DNA from: Octopus sinensis
Lineage: Eukaryota
Assembly: GCF_006345805.1 (NCBI RefSeq)
Contig: NW_021836143.1
Coordinates: 1-64,000 of the forward strand
Direction: 5' to 3'
Length of the DNA stretch: 64,000 nt
Position numbers and translations under genes: made by a program
The notes under the pieces: generated by a model
Databases searched by the model: none
Told to the model about the DNA's origin: nothing
What the model saw: the letters and a program-made list of their open reading frames with translations, nothing else
Shown: piece by piece, positions 61,469 through 64,000 of the stretch
Position numbering within the stretch: position 1 is the stretch's first letter
Layout: each line of letters opens with the position of its first letter

Positions 61469-62752
61469 TAGGGTCTTCTCATAAATATTGTGGTTCTTTC
61501 AATAGTACGAGCTAAAAGTTGGAGGGGCATGGGGCATTAATTTGCTATAAAAGCAGTAGGTAGTAATTTTACCTTGTACTAATTCATAGCGCAACTTTTG
61601 AAGTGTGCAGTTCAATTTTGATAATTACTTTTTCAATGCTATAACAAAAGTGACAAAGGAGCATATTCAGCATATTTTGCTTTATGAGTTCAATAAAGGC
61701 AACAATGCAACAGAAAGCGCGAAGAATATTAATGCAATATATAGGGGATCGGACAGTAAGTATAAGCCAGTGTCTACTGTGGTTCTAGAAATTCTGAGCT
61801 GGAAACTACAGCCTAGAAGACAAGCCTCATCTTGGCAGATCTGTAGAGCTCAATGAGAATGTCCTGCAAACCCAGGTGGAACAAAATCCAATCGTAACTG
61901 TTGAAGAAATAGCAGAGAAGCTTGGAGTTGATCATTCAACCATTCATCAACATCTGTGTACCATTGGAAAAGTCAGTAAGTTGGGTCAATCGGTTCCTCA
62001 CAAACTTTCCGAGTCTAACCATATGCAGAGAGTGAATGTGTGCTCTTCTTTGCTGTCATATCTCATGAATGAACCTTTTTTTTTGGACCGCATAAAGACT
62101 GGTGATGAAAAATAGGTTCTTTATATAAATGTCAAGTGCTGAAGACAGTGGGTAGGGAAAGGAGAAACACTGGCAATCCAGGCTAAAGAAGGTCTTCACA
62201 CATGTAAGGTGTTATTATCTGTTTGGTAGGACATGAAGGTTTAGTCCACTTCAAACTTTTAAACCCCAACCAAGCAATAACAAAGGAGATCTACTGTGAG
62301 TAGCTTGAGTGGCTTAAGTCAGCACTAGGAGGAAAATGGCCATCTTTGGTTTGTAGATGAAAAGTGTTTTTCCATCAGGATAATGCTCAGCCACATACAG
62401 CAAGGATGACATCCCAAAGGCTGGATCAGTTTGAATGTGAAATGATGCCCACCCACTATATTTGCTGGGCATTGCTCCATCTGATTATCATTTATTCTGC
62501 AGTCTCCAGCATCATCTGGACAGAAAAAAATATGAATTCTGTAGACGAGGTCAAAACAGTACTTGAGGAACATTTTTCATCACGGACAAGTGAATTTTGG
62601 AAGACAGACCTTGCAAGTCTACCAGATAGATGGAAGAGTATTGTAGAAAATGAAGGAGAGTATATTTTAGATTAATAAAGAACTTTGTTTATCTTAATTT
62701 TGAAAAATAGAAGAAGTATAAAAAAGACTGCATTATTTATGTTATGACCTAA
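61469..62752 (+). mobile_element. Full-length decayed mariner (~1284 bp, Hsmar1/cecropia-like)
   Basis: TA-flanked imperfect TIRs (TAGGGTCTTCTCATAAATATTGTGG / CTGCATTATTTATGTTATGACCTAA). Transposase reading includes KEHIQHILLYEFNKG, SVPHKL, TGDEK, HQDNAQPH, APSDY, LPDRWKSIVENEGEY. Multiple stops and frameshifts. Confidence 0.93.
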
Positions 62753-64000
62753 TACATAATTTGACCAAAATTGACCAAAATGCAGTTTCAGTTATCATTT
62801 AAAGATCAAGGTTTTTCTTCCTCCACTATTTATTGATATTAAATGCTCAATCTCTGTATATTACTGTAATTCTTGTAAATCTTATTTGCTTCAAAATCCT
62901 GGAAGTTATATGGTTAACTGATGCTACACATGGTTCACATATTTCTATTGATGTAAAGCAGAAATATTAATGTTCCTCCATCTGAATTGCAGCCCTTCAG
63001 CTATCAATGCACTGTATAACCAATTGATTGTTTCATCACAGCTACAAGGGGTATTTTTTTCTGTCAAACATCAGTCACTGTGCCAAATCAATACATCTAC
63101 TTCGTGTCCTTTTTGTTCTTATCTGTATCAGGCATTTAGTAAATCTCTTCACCTTCAAAAGTGCAACTTTCTGAAACTTCATTTTTTAATCAAAATATTT
63201 TTTTTGTTTATTTTCTATTCAAGTTAATTTCAAAAAATGTTTTCAATTATTCTTATTGCAGTAATGCTGGGCAACTAATCCCTTTGTTGTATATGAAGAA
63301 TAAAATACAAATTTAAAATTGCACAAAGCAACATTGAACCTTTGGTTAAGGTATTTTTTATTTTATATCCCCCAGTTGATTTTGTTCGGAAATAGTTTCC
63401 AAAAATGATTTCATAAGATCAGTTGTTATAAGGAAACAATAAATATATAATATACTTCTATTGATTCCATGCAGTTTTATAATTACATGGAGTCAATTGC
63501 TTGACTTTTTGTAGTCAAAGTTATCCAATGAGAGAGATTAGCAGCGACTTCAAAAGCTGCATGGAAGATGGGATTTGTAACATTAAAGTCTTATCTTTAT
63601 TCAAGAGCTGAAATGAGTAACTGAATTGAAATAGCAACAAATCAGAAAAACATGTGTCATAGACTCAACTCACTGCAAAGTTATCTCTTTCTCAAAATCA
63701 TTTGTCATTAGGAAAATATTATAAGTTACATAAGGAGAAACATAACTGTCTATAACAGCATGAAAATGTTCAAATTATTGAATCTACTACTAAAGCTAGC
63801 ATGGGAAAATATATTTAAAATAAGAGATATTCTACCAAACAATCTGCAATATAAATTTGAAAGAAGATTTTTCTAAGAAATCTATTTCTCTGACATTATG
63901 TATTCAAGGCTTATTTCTCGATGTAATTTGTATGCCAAATATGCAAGTATATAAAGAAATTTATTATAAAAATGCATTTAATTTTTATTCCTCCTAAATT

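Overview
AT-rich, microsatellite-dense eukaryotic DNA with no prokaryotic features. The repeat families match those I recall from octopus (coleoid cephalopod) genomes; that assignment is recollection, not a search. I can support only one host coding segment: a 288-bp phase 1-1 exon on the minus strand (15349-15636) encoding a lachesin/DIP-like Ig domain. Most of the window is therefore probably intronic to a large Ig-superfamily gene. The rest is layered mobile DNA: several tRNA-headed SINE families (my labels K, M, Q and modular H1/H2 x T1/T2/T3), many 5'-truncated RTE-type LINE ends with (ATG)n tails, R4-like (REL) and CR1/L2-like LINE remnants, three mariner elements, piggyBac-type MITEs plus a piggyBac transposase remnant, and a hAT MITE. 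I found no clear novel biological system. The best leads are structural: combinatorial SINE head/tail shuffling, a symmetric piggyBac MITE doublet, a fold-back mariner, a hairpin-core VNTR in RTE 3' UTRs, R4-like insertions next to (TAA)n, and many intronic inverted repeats that could be ADAR substrates. All alignments were made by eye, and boundaries without a TSD or splice site are approximate.
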